Source: an uncultured Gammaproteobacteria bacterium | GTDB taxonomy: Bacteria > Patescibacteriota > Microgenomatia > Daviesbacterales > UBA10151 | DNA: 59,053 bases | Assembly: GCA_964523905.1 (NCBI GenBank) | Contig: CAZFYQ010000007.1 | Span: forward strand, 10,135-69,187 | Direction: 5' to 3' | Shown: in pieces, positions 45,420-53,742 of the stretch | Layout: each line of letters starts with the position of its first letter | Position numbering within the stretch: position 1 is the stretch's first letter | Notes under the pieces: generated by a model | Seen by the model: the letters and a program-made list of their open reading frames with translations, nothing else | Told to the model about the DNA's origin: nothing | Databases searched by the model: none | Made by a program: the position numbers and the translations under genes

Positions 45420-46404
45420 TTCCCATGGCTTTTTTAACTTCTTCCAACGTTTTTTGAGCCTCTAATCTAGCCTTCTCAGTACCTTCTTTTAGAATTTTAG
45501 CAATCAGTTCTGGCTGCTTTTCATATTCTGCACGCTTTTTTCTAATGGGCTCTAAGAAATTATTTAACACTTCCACCAGGTACTTTTTTACCTCAACATC
45601 CCCTACTGTCCCGCTTTTATATCTATTTTTGTACTCAGTTATTTTTTCTTTATCAGTACCAAATACATCCAGATAAACAAACACCGGGTTACCCTCAATA
45701 TGACCAGGATCGGTGGCCTTAAGCCGAGTAGGATCGGTATACATACTCATCACCTTTTTCTCTACTTCTTCAGCAGAATCAGAAAGTTTAATATCATTGC
45801 CAGCTGATTTACTCATTTTTGATTGTCCATCAGTACCAGGCAATAGTGGTAAGTCCATTGGAATCAAAGCCTCAGGAATTGGCAAAACTTCTTCGTAAGT
45901 CCGATTAAAATCACGGGCAATTTCTTTGGTAACTTCTAAATGAGAGGCCTGGTCTTTACCAACTGGCACTAAATTGGCTTTCACCATTAAAATATCCGCT
46001 GCCTGCAGTACTGGATAACCTAATAAGCCATAGGAGGGGGTAGTGATATGTGCATTATTCATTACTTCTTTTAAAGTTGGCATCCGATCCAGTCTGGGCA
46101 CTGTGGTTAACATGCCAAAAATTAAAGCCAGCTCGGTCACCTCCGGAATTGCAGATTGAACATAAATTGTGACTTTTTCCGGATTAATCCCTACTGATAA
46201 ATAATCCAGCACCTGATCTTTGATATTCCCCCCCAACTTTGCAGTATCCGCTTTTTCCGGTTTAGTAGTCAGGGTATGCAAATCCGCTACAATTAAGAAA
46301 GTCTCATACTCATCCTGCAACTTCACCCTGTTTTTAAGCGAGCCAATATAGTGACCCAAATGTAATTTACCAGTGGGACGATCTCCGGTTAAAATGCGTT
46401 TCAT
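45400..46404 (-). CDS. trpS: tryptophan--tRNA ligase
   Basis: Class I HIGH (GKLHLGHY) and KMSKS motifs; 334 aa. Confidence 0.95.
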   Translation of the reverse strand: MKRILTGDRPTGKLHLGHYIGSLKNRVKLQDEYETFLIVADLHTLTTKPEKADTAKLGGNIKDQVLDYLSVGINPEKVTIYVQSAIPEVTELALIFGMLTTVPRLDRMPTLKEVMNNAHITTPSYGLLGYPVLQAADILMVKANLVPVGKDQASHLEVTKEIARDFNRTYEEVLPIPEALIPMDLPLLPGTDGQSKMSKSAGNDIKLSDSAEEVEKKVMSMYTDPTRLKATDPGHIEGNPVFVYLDVFGTDKEKITEYKNRYKSGTVGDVEVKKYLVEVLNNFLEPIRKKRAEYEKQPELIAKILKEGTEKARLEAQKTLEEVKKAMGIDYDYN

Positions 46405-46426
46405 ATTTTTAGTGTACCATACCTAA

Positions 46427-46696
46427 TTAGTTTAAATTAACCACAAAACCACCCTTAATTCTTTCTTCACTTGGAAATGAACTTACTGCTATAACCTCCA
46501 GTTTACTTCTTTGTTTCGCTAAATCTTTTAATGCTTCAATTTGTCTCATGGTAAATGGAGTTCTTCCTACCAGTAATTCCCCCTCTGCTTGATCGGGAAT
46601 ACAAGCAGGTTCCCCGTAAAATTTAACTACAATCTGACCTTCCGGTGGAACCGGTACTTCAACTTTGGGATGAAATCTTGGTTGTCCTTCTTTCAT
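46427..46696 (-). CDS. hypothetical protein (89 aa)
   Basis: Clean co-oriented ORF with no recognised motif. Confidence 0.45.
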   Translation of the reverse strand: MKEGQPRFHPKVEVPVPPEGQIVVKFYGEPACIPDQAEGELLVGRTPFTMRQIEALKDLAKQRSKLEVIAVSSFPSEERIKGGFVVNLN

Positions 46697-46757
46697 ATTT
46701 TTTCAATTAAAAATCCCTGTAAAACCACAAATAAATTGTGAGTTCACAAGGGACAGA

Positions 46758-47012
46758 CTAAACTACCTTAAATTTTCCTTTTTGTATTTCTTTTGAACCG
46801 CGGGTTACGGTGGCAATACCAACTCCTAAATCTTCTGCAATCTCATGTTGCGCAATACCTTTTTTTAAGCGCTTCACAATTTGCAGCCTGGTTGGTATTT
46901 CTTCCAGTTCCTTGGGGGTAAAAATACCTTCCAAGAAATTTTTCATCTCTTCCCTGTTTTTAATATCCAACAACACTTCAATTAATTCATTTAACTGATT
47001 ACTGGTAGACAT
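46758..47012 (-). CDS. TrpR-like YerC/YecD-family DNA-binding protein
   Basis: 84 aa with the motifs FTPKELEEIPTRLQIV and GIATVTRGSKE. It has a consensus promoter of its own. Confidence 0.7.
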   Translation of the reverse strand: MSTSNQLNELIEVLLDIKNREEMKNFLEGIFTPKELEEIPTRLQIVKRLKKGIAQHEIAEDLGVGIATVTRGSKEIQKGKFKVV

Positions 47013-47021
47013 TAATATACT

Positions 47022-47050
47022 ATTATACTAGTATGCTGATATATTGTCAA
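47022..47050 (-). promoter_or_regulatory. consensus promoter of the YerC-like gene
   Basis: Minus strand TTGACA (47050-47045), 17-nt spacer, TATAAT (47027-47022). The ATG at 47012 follows a 9-nt gap. Confidence 0.55.
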
Positions 47051-47059
47051 GAAGTAAAT

Positions 47060-47443
47060 TTATTTGCGTCGCAAGCCCAATGCTCTTCCTAAAGCTCTCC
47101 AGTTACTGGAAGGTGGTGTGGATTCAAGTGAGGTACTTTCTAATTTTCTTGTAAGTTCATACATTCCGAATCTGCGATCAGCAATATCTGCAACAGGTGC
47201 GTTAGTATTAAGTACTCTACCATCAGCAAGGGCAACCATTTCTACAGCCATCTTTCCCCCAGGACGAAATTCTCCAAGTCCAACTTCCACTTGATCTACA
47301 TGAATATTTGCGGAATTACGTGCATCGGGAACAAGGGCTTCCCCTAGAAATCTATCTCCGGGTCTTGGTTTAAGACGCCCTCCAGGAGCTACCGGAATTC
47401 CAATGTGCGCTTCTATATATATTTGACTATCTGGGGTAACCAT
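47060..47443 (-). CDS. hypothetical protein (127 aa, Gly/Pro/Arg-rich)
   Basis: It has its own TTGACA-17-TAAAAC promoter 6 nt from the ATG. Its composition is atypical for the window. Confidence 0.5.
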   Translation of the reverse strand: MVTPDSQIYIEAHIGIPVAPGGRLKPRPGDRFLGEALVPDARNSANIHVDQVEVGLGEFRPGGKMAVEMVALADGRVLNTNAPVADIADRRFGMYELTRKLESTSLESTPPSSNWRALGRALGLRRK

Positions 47444-47449
47444 ATTTTA

Positions 47450-47478
47450 GTTTTATTAAAAATCTAGATTCTTGTCAA
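47450..47478 (-). promoter_or_regulatory. promoter of the 127-aa orphan ORF (leaderless spacing)
   Basis: Minus strand TTGACA-17-TAAAAC, with the ATG 6 nt downstream. Confidence 0.45.
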
Positions 47479-47503
47479 TAAGACAATTATTATAGGTCCT
47501 TTA

Positions 47504-48250
47504 TTAATCCTTGTCAAGTTTACGAGGGGCTTCACCGTCATATTCAATTTCCTCTGTGGGGATTCTTCTAAAAGGTTTTTCGCGCACCCATTCTTCAAAA
47601 ATGTGGGCTACCATACCTACTACTCTACCAATGATAAAGAATCCTTTACCTAACCGATAATCAAAACCCATGTCAGAAATTACAGCGGCAATGGCTCCGT
47701 CCACATTAATAGGGATTTTTTTACCCTTTTTTTCTTCCAGCAGTTTTTCAACATTCACAGCCAGTTCACAGTATTCTCCGTAAAAACCTAAGTCTTTGGC
47801 TTTTTGGAAAATCTGTACTGCCCTGGGGTCTGTTGTATAAACTTTATGGCCATATCCTGGAATCCGCTCACCAGATCCAGTTACTTTTTCAAACAGCTTT
47901 TCTGCACTCAAACCCATTTGCAAAAGTCTGGCGCATTCTTCTATGGCCCCACCGTGTGACTCACCCACTCCTAAAACACCAGCTGCAACCGCCGCTTGCA
48001 TGGGATTTCCGGCTGATGCCGAGTTTCTGGCATTGGTAATCGAGGGCGGGCCCATGCCATTATCCATGGTGGAGATTAAAATACCATCAAGCATGGCTCT
48101 TTCTTTTTCAGTTGGCAGCTCGCCTTTTAGCTCCAGCCAGATAGCCTCAGTAAAGTTAACTTTATCAATCAAATCAGTCATTTTATAGCCGTGAATCTGG
48201 GCTTCACCGTTAACAATTCCGGCAATTGAGGTTTTCCACTTTTTATCCAT
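47504..48250 (-). CDS. citryl-CoA lyase-like protein (short citrate-synthase-family domain)
   Basis: 248 aa with citrate-synthase catalytic contexts ESHGGAIE and GYGHKVYTTDPRA. Confidence 0.7.
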   Translation of the reverse strand: MDKKWKTSIAGIVNGEAQIHGYKMTDLIDKVNFTEAIWLELKGELPTEKERAMLDGILISTMDNGMGPPSITNARNSASAGNPMQAAVAAGVLGVGESHGGAIEECARLLQMGLSAEKLFEKVTGSGERIPGYGHKVYTTDPRAVQIFQKAKDLGFYGEYCELAVNVEKLLEEKKGKKIPINVDGAIAAVISDMGFDYRLGKGFFIIGRVVGMVAHIFEEWVREKPFRRIPTEEIEYDGEAPRKLDKD

Positions 48251-48254
48251 AAGT

Positions 48255-48833
48255 TTATTTAAACATCATTGTAGCAAAAAAAGCTATGACCAGCGTGGCA
48301 ATCCAAACAGCACCAGTTTCTTTAGTTAACAGGTCTTCTCTGTTTTCTACTTCTCTAATGGACCGGCCGGCTAAAACAAATCCCGGGGCCGCTCCTTCAT
48401 ATTTAGTAACAATAGCCGCAATTCGAACGTTGGGCTTTGGTTCCCAGGTAAACCGCTCCTGGTGATGAGCTTTAACATAGTCAAATACTCCAGCTGGAGG
48501 TACGGGAATTCTGCCATCAATGACAGCCTGCGAACTTTGTGGTTGACCCTGATCATTAAAGACAATTGCAAAAGGGCTCAAACTTTTAGATGGATCTACC
48601 TCGGTTTTACCAAGTAAGTCAGAGGCCTTAGTCCCGCTTTCCAAGACCGTAGCATCATCTTCTGACATTTGGATTTGCGGATCATTGGCACTTTGACGAT
48701 AATTTTGGTGTACAGCAACATAAATGAGCCCACAAAAAGCAGTGATAATAATAACAATAGGCACAAAATGTTTAATTTTTGAAATCACAATACTTAGTAT
48801 TATATACCAGTTTGTTGAGAAGAAGATGGCCAA
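48255..48833 (-). CDS. bitopic membrane protein, unknown function
   Basis: Hydrophobic helices at the N- and C-termini. Confidence 0.5.
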   Translation of the reverse strand: MAIFFSTNWYIILSIVISKIKHFVPIVIIITAFCGLIYVAVHQNYRQSANDPQIQMSEDDATVLESGTKASDLLGKTEVDPSKSLSPFAIVFNDQGQPQSSQAVIDGRIPVPPAGVFDYVKAHHQERFTWEPKPNVRIAAIVTKYEGAAPGFVLAGRSIREVENREDLLTKETGAVWIATLVIAFFATMMFK

Positions 48834-49444
48834 GTAGCCTGCATATGCTTTCTAAGTAACTCATTCACTGCAAATAATCTTTGTTGCTCTGAAAAAGACG
48901 GTGTGTAGAAATCACCATATTCTCCGTCTCTTTGTACTCTCATCATACTAGGCCCACAAAGCATGAAATTTGCTTCTGGCTGAGGTGGTACTGCTTGTTG
49001 CAAATGTAGAAATGAAAAAACAATTAACCATCTACTATCTTTAACAAGTTGTAAATCAACCTGGTACTTTCTGGTCTCTCCGGCATCTACCAGTAACGAT
49101 GGACGTTCGTTGATTTTATATAAGGGGGATCCATACACAAACTCTCGATCATCTCCTTCAGGGTATCTTTCATTTTTTCCTTGGGTTAACTCATAAAATC
49201 TTAGAGAAAGATCTTTACTATATCGCATGCTTAAATTATATTCGACAGGATCAGGAGTGGATTCAGGAGTTACTTTGTGAGGTCTTAACCATGATAGTCC
49301 TAGGAAACCTTTGTGTCCATTTACAGGCGTAGTCTCATGTACCTTATAAGGTTGCGGATCAAAAATAAGCCCTTCAATAGCTTCAACATATTGACTGGCC
49401 TGTCTGCCTGTTACAGGTATAATTTTTCTCTCAAGGTCTGCCAT
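48800..49444 (-). CDS. hypothetical protein
   Basis: Start set at MADLERK. No motif recognised. Overlaps the next gene by 34 nt. Confidence 0.45.
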   Translation of the reverse strand: MADLERKIIPVTGRQASQYVEAIEGLIFDPQPYKVHETTPVNGHKGFLGLSWLRPHKVTPESTPDPVEYNLSMRYSKDLSLRFYELTQGKNERYPEGDDREFVYGSPLYKINERPSLLVDAGETRKYQVDLQLVKDSRWLIVFSFLHLQQAVPPQPEANFMLCGPSMMRVQRDGEYGDFYTPSFSEQQRLFAVNELLRKHMQATWPSSSQQTGI

Positions 49445-49506
49445 ATTTGACAGAATTCTACAGCGAATACTCCGCAAAGTCAACTATAGGGTATTAAACT
49501 TTTATA

Positions 49507-49854
49507 TTATGCTTCAACAATAACTTTTCTTCCGTGATCAAATGTAACTTTAAACTTATTCGTTACTCTTCTTCCAATTAAAGGTTCATCACCTAAGGCT
49601 GTAATTAAAACATCAAGCGGTTTGAATTTTCCTAACTTAACTTTTCCTAAAAAATAAGGAGCGCTAACGTTCTTTCCATTAGCCAAAGTCCAGGAAAAAT
49701 AACCCTCAGGAGGTTTCCCATTTAGAATCATTTCCGGCGGCATAGTGATATCTCCATCAAAACCAGTATCTACTAAAACCTCTGTTTTGAAATTTCTATT
49801 TAATACTTGAATAGTTGCCTGAAGATAAGGAAAACGCGAACTTGTCAAACTCAT
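49507..49854 (-). CDS. retropepsin-like (clan AA) aspartic protease
   Basis: 115 aa with a VLVDTGFDGD active-site-like motif. Confidence 0.65.
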   Translation of the reverse strand: MSLTSSRFPYLQATIQVLNRNFKTEVLVDTGFDGDITMPPEMILNGKPPEGYFSWTLANGKNVSAPYFLGKVKLGKFKPLDVLITALGDEPLIGRRVTNKFKVTFDHGRKVIVEA

Positions 49855-49857
49855 AAT

Positions 49858-50091
49858 TTATCGCCATTTACCAACCGCTATATCCCCTACCTTAAAAATA
49901 AAGTTTCCAGGACCAAAGTTTTTTGATGCTTTCTTGGCCAACTCGAAAAGATTGGTGCCTAAAATCGTTTTACCTTTTTGAGAAACAGCCAAAAACTGAC
50001 CCCAATGCTCTTTTTCCAAAGGCTTACCATATTTGGTATATAATTTACCGGACATTAGTTCTAATTTTTTTGGATCCTGGTATGCTTTCAT
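49858..50091 (-). CDS. small protein paired with the clan AA protease
   Basis: 77 aa, ending 3 nt upstream of the protease gene. Confidence 0.5.
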   Translation of the reverse strand: MKAYQDPKKLELMSGKLYTKYGKPLEKEHWGQFLAVSQKGKTILGTNLFELAKKASKNFGPGNFIFKVGDIAVGKWR

Positions 50092-50110
50092 AGAAGTTTA
50101 TTATACCATG

Positions 50111-50995
50111 CTACTTTAACAATTCTGGAATCTCATCCGGAGTTTTGGCAAGTAATACTCCAGCATCTTTTAATGCATTAATTTTAGATTTATAACTACC
50201 TTTATCCCCGTATACAATCGCTCCTGCATGACCTAATTTAGTTCCCTGAGGTAAACTTTCAGCAAACAAACCGGAGATAAAAGCCACCACTTTTTTAGTG
50301 AATTTCCCACTCTTTATCATCTCGGCTGCTTCTTCTTCATAAGTGCCACCAATTTCTCCAAATAACACTACAGCTGTAGTCTGTAGGTCTTTTTCAAACT
50401 CTTCCAGCAGATCTGTAAAAGCCGAGCCAATTAAAATATCTCCTCCAATTCCAATTACAGTTGATTGACCAATGCCATTTTTAGTTAAAATCCAAGCAGT
50501 TTCTGAGGCCATTCCCCCGCTTTTGGAAATTACTCCAACATTTCCTTTGGTAAAAACTACCCGCGGGTCTTCTCCGCCAATTTGTCCCACTTTTCCTATC
50601 CCTGGTGAAATAATTCCCATGGAGGAAGGACCAACTATTTTGACACCTGCTTTTTTAGCCATTGCCAAAGCTTTAGCAGTATCAGCAATTGGCACATGCT
50701 CTGTAAACACATCAATTAAAGGAATCTTGGCTTTAATTGCCTCGGTCATGGCTCCTAATGCAGCAAAATTAGGCACGGAAATTAAAGAGGTATTTATTGC
50801 TGGATGATTTTCTAAGGCCTCAGCAATCGAGTTATAAACCGGAATCCCATGAACCTCTTGTCCACCTTTTCCTGGAGTCACTCCAGCAAGGACTTTAGTG
50901 CCATAATTTTTCATTTGCAATGCCACCTTGGAACCTTCTTTCCCAGTGATTCCTTGGACTAGCACTTTTGTTTTTTCGTTAACTAATATTGGCAT
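50111..50995 (-). CDS. CoA-ligase alpha-type subunit (SucD / citryl-CoA synthetase small subunit-like)
   Basis: MPILVNEKTKVLVQGITGKEG, GVTPGKGG and the phospho-His loop LGHAGAIV. Start set at ATG 50995; the track's GTG at 51007 lies inside a repeat arm. Confidence 0.85.
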   Translation of the reverse strand: MPILVNEKTKVLVQGITGKEGSKVALQMKNYGTKVLAGVTPGKGGQEVHGIPVYNSIAEALENHPAINTSLISVPNFAALGAMTEAIKAKIPLIDVFTEHVPIADTAKALAMAKKAGVKIVGPSSMGIISPGIGKVGQIGGEDPRVVFTKGNVGVISKSGGMASETAWILTKNGIGQSTVIGIGGDILIGSAFTDLLEEFEKDLQTTAVVLFGEIGGTYEEEAAEMIKSGKFTKKVVAFISGLFAESLPQGTKLGHAGAIVYGDKGSYKSKINALKDAGVLLAKTPDEIPELLK

Positions 50996-51002
50996 AATTG
51001 TT

Positions 51003-51063
51003 GTCACCCTGAACGCAGTGAAGGGTATAATTAAATTATATCCTTCGTTTCACTCAGGATGAC
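51003..51063. repeat. complete palindromic element between the two CoA-ligase-type subunit genes
   Basis: GTCACCCTGAACGCAGTGAAGGGTATAAT ... ATTATATCCTTCGTTTCACTCAGGATGAC. The right arm supplies the last codons (LSS) and the TGA stop codon of the upstream gene. Confidence 0.75.
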
Positions 51064-52205
51064 AATTTCCTTTCGTATGCTAAATCTACTATTGTCTTTG
51101 CAGTTGCTGTCATCGGAGTTTCGCGACCAAAAATGTGAAAATTAAAGCCTTCTTTTTGGCCAATTAGTTTAAGCTCTTCAAAAGCTTTTTGATCATTTGG
51201 TCCACCGCGTCTTATGACAATTGGATAAGTTGGTTTTGGTTTAACCTCTCTTAAACCCTCTACTACTCCCATTAATGTTTCATAAATATCAGTAAAATTA
51301 GCAGTCCCTCCCACTATCCACAGCCCTTTTAAACCAGGTTTAGACAATAATACTTGAGTAAGTTTTTTTAATTTCTCCCTAGGTGGATTACCAGAGTGTT
51401 CAGTATAATTAGCCGGCTTTCCACCCAAAGCAATTAAAGCATCCATGTTTACTACGCTTCCCCCGCCTCCGGCAGCTAGTACTGCAATATCTCCATCTAA
51501 ATCCCAATATACAGAACCGGCGGTTCCACGGTGATCTCCTTGATCAATTTTTCTGGCCTCAATTTCCCTTTCAGTTGAAGCTCTACCAAACAAATTTCTT
51601 TCCGGAAATTTCATATCCCTTCGAAAATCCGCATCATCATCCAAAATCACCTTGCTATCCAAAGCAATCACCAGCCCATCTTTGGCAATTACCAGAGGAT
51701 TAATTTCTGCCAACTCACAGTCATATTTTAAAAATACTTCCCAAAGTTTATTGGCAGTATCAATTAAATTTGCAGGTAAATCTTGTTCAAAGGGCCCTTT
51801 ATTTATATCAACCGGGTAAGTTTTAGCGCCTTTTCCTTCAGCTCCGGTACCCCCTTCACCAAAAGTCATCACCGGGCCGCGAGCCTCTGTTGAGTAGGAA
51901 AAAGATAAATAATATTCCTGATCTTCTTTAGCAATTTCTTCTTCCACCAAAATCTTTTCTACTTTTTCGCCGTTAACTTCTTTTGCAAATAATTCTTTCG
52001 CACTGTTGCCTAATGCCTGTTGCCTGTCCACTCTTATTATTCCTCCTGCTTCTTTTCTTTTGCCAGATAAAACCTGAGCTTTTAAAACGACAGGAACTGT
52101 CGTCCCCGACTTGATCGGGGACCCAGATGTAATAAGTTGACTTTCTGGAATATTAATCCCACAATTTTTAAATAGCTGTTTCCCTTCAAATTCATAAAGT
52201 AACAT
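51054..52205 (-). CDS. ATP-grasp beta-type subunit of the ATP-citrate lyase/citryl-CoA synthetase branch
   Basis: AAGGGGSVV...ANYTEHSGNP, IVGGTANFTD, IVIRRGGPN and HIFGRETPMTA match my memory of the ACLY N-terminal half better than SucC. The stop codon lies inside a repeat arm. Confidence 0.75.
   Translation of the reverse strand: MLLYEFEGKQLFKNCGINIPESQLITSGSPIKSGTTVPVVLKAQVLSGKRKEAGGIIRVDRQQALGNSAKELFAKEVNGEKVEKILVEEEIAKEDQEYYLSFSYSTEARGPVMTFGEGGTGAEGKGAKTYPVDINKGPFEQDLPANLIDTANKLWEVFLKYDCELAEINPLVIAKDGLVIALDSKVILDDDADFRRDMKFPERNLFGRASTEREIEARKIDQGDHRGTAGSVYWDLDGDIAVLAAGGGGSVVNMDALIALGGKPANYTEHSGNPPREKLKKLTQVLLSKPGLKGLWIVGGTANFTDIYETLMGVVEGLREVKPKPTYPIVIRRGGPNDQKAFEELKLIGQKEGFNFHIFGRETPMTATAKTIVDLAYERKLSS
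52003..52030. repeat. heptamer tract (CTGTTGC CTAATGC CTGTTGC CTGTCCA) in the ACL-like beta subunit gene
   Basis: Translated as DRQQALGNS. Confidence 0.85.
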
Positions 52206-52246
52206 ATGCGCTGATTTTATCAGAGTTAACTAATGATTAAAACTAA

Positions 52247-53005
52247 TTAAACTGCAGCAATTTGACGAAGAGGAAATAGCAATTTAGCAAAGGGGTTCAC
52301 TGCTGGATCCTTAAAAGCTTCACTATCTTCATGCATCTCGCCATATCCAACTCTAGCAAGTGCTTCTACAAATTTTCTGGGTAACCCTTGAGCTAATTGG
52401 TCTAATTCAGGAACCCTACGTAGACTTGGTGCCTTCCTTGCACCTTCCTCGTACGCTGCCACAATTTGCGCTAGCCCTGGATTTGGAAACAATCTTATAT
52501 TAACTGCTCTACCTAGCCGTATCTCATGAACCTCATCAAATCCTAATTTCTCAAACGCTTTCTGAGCATTATTATCTTCAGGGAATAAGGGAGATTGAAC
52601 AAAAGCAGCTTTACCCCCAACTGAATTATCAACTAAAAGACCTTCTATCCGAACTAAAAGACTTTTATTAGTAGGCTCGTTAAAGAAAACCTGACCAAAT
52701 TCAAAAGCATCACGAGTAAGCTTAAAGGGACTGTCATCGTCAAATGGAAAGCTTCTTAGGAACCTATTCATTTCGGCTGTATTGACTCGCCTTGAATGTT
52801 CATTATCTAAAAAGGGTATCGCCGTTGTAGGAGCAATTATCATATTCACTACTTCAAATTCCTTCCACTTCCAGTGTTTAGGATCTGCAGCCTCCGCCAG
52901 ACCCACCTGTCGAAGGGTTGTAATATCAGAGGCAATTACAATATCAGGTCTAGCTCTAACTTGATCTACTCTACTAATCTCAGGATTTAATCTCATGGGA
53001 GACAT
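52247..53005 (-). CDS. hypothetical protein (252 aa)
   Basis: Clean ORF with no recognised motif. Confidence 0.5.
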   Translation of the reverse strand: MSPMRLNPEISRVDQVRARPDIVIASDITTLRQVGLAEAADPKHWKWKEFEVVNMIIAPTTAIPFLDNEHSRRVNTAEMNRFLRSFPFDDDSPFKLTRDAFEFGQVFFNEPTNKSLLVRIEGLLVDNSVGGKAAFVQSPLFPEDNNAQKAFEKLGFDEVHEIRLGRAVNIRLFPNPGLAQIVAAYEEGARKAPSLRRVPELDQLAQGLPRKFVEALARVGYGEMHEDSEAFKDPAVNPFAKLLFPLRQIAAV

Positions 53006-53033
53006 TTTATATTATTACAGGATAAAATTCAAA

Positions 53034-53345
53034 TTAACTGGGGACAAATTTAATTTCTAAATGGGTATTTAAGGCCTTTGCTAGTTTTTGTAAAAAGGCA
53101 ATGGAAGGATTAGCTTTACCTGATTCCAACCGGGAAATAACTGATTGTTTAGTGCCAATTTTTTTGGCTAAAATACTTTGGGTTAATCCTTTATGTACTC
53201 TGGCATCAATCATTGCCCTAATAACCTCAAACTCCGGCTGTAAACGATCATATTCAGCCTTAAGTTTAGGATTTTTTAATGATTCATTGAAAAAATCATC
53301 AAAATCTCTGTGTTGTCTATCCTCGGGTTTAATTAATTTATTCAT
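53034..53345 (-). CDS. XRE-family HTH antitoxin (HigA-like)
   Basis: HTH segment LTQSILAKKIGTKQSVISRLESG. Lies downstream of a RelE/Gp49-like gene. Confidence 0.75.
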   Translation of the reverse strand: MNKLIKPEDRQHRDFDDFFNESLKNPKLKAEYDRLQPEFEVIRAMIDARVHKGLTQSILAKKIGTKQSVISRLESGKANPSIAFLQKLAKALNTHLEIKFVPS

Positions 53346-53381
53346 ATCAAGGATACCTTGTAATCTTCCTTTCAGTCAGAT

Positions 53382-53399
53382 TATAGCATATATGCTATA
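53382..53399. promoter_or_regulatory. 18-bp perfect palindrome overlapping a TGcTATAAT box between toxin and antitoxin genes
   Basis: TATAGCATA|TATGCTATA spans the toxin stop codon. On the minus strand it contains an extended -10 (TGCTATAAT) about 38 nt upstream of the antitoxin ATG. Confidence 0.5.
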
Positions 53400-53739
53400 T
53401 TATCTCTCTCATTCTGTCAACTGCCAGTTTTAATTCCCTACTTGGAGTTTTTTGAGTTTTCTTTTTAAATGCATGAAGCAAATAGTATTCGTTATTTTTA
53501 ATAGTATAGAAAATTCTAATAGAAACACTCCCTGAGATTCTTAGCTCATATAATTTATCCTGCAATTTTTTGATTAATGGAGGTTGTAAAAAAGGCCCAC
53601 CCTGCTTCAGAAGAGTTACTGCAGTAAGAATTTTAGCGTAGGTTTTTTCATCTTGAGCTTTAATAAACTCCTCGACTGGTAATTCACCGCGGGTAGTTTG
53701 AAAAGATTTAACTGTCCAGGTTCTTACTGGAGTATCCAT
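53395..53739 (-). CDS. RelE/ParE-superfamily toxin (phage Gp49/HigB-like)
   Basis: 114 aa with LYELRI...IRIFY...LLHAFKKK typical of Gp49-like toxins. Toxin-first gene order. Confidence 0.7.
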   Translation of the reverse strand: MDTPVRTWTVKSFQTTRGELPVEEFIKAQDEKTYAKILTAVTLLKQGGPFLQPPLIKKLQDKLYELRISGSVSIRIFYTIKNNEYYLLHAFKKKTQKTPSRELKLAVDRMREII

Positions 53740-53742
53740 TTA

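Noticed and set aside
50111-52205. Plain succinyl-CoA synthetase (sucCD) annotation.
   Set aside because: It is not fully rejected. However, the beta-type subunit shares long motifs with the ATP-citrate lyase branch, and a citryl-CoA-lyase-sized citrate-synthase domain is nearby. The ACL/CCS-like call is therefore preferred, pending phylogeny.
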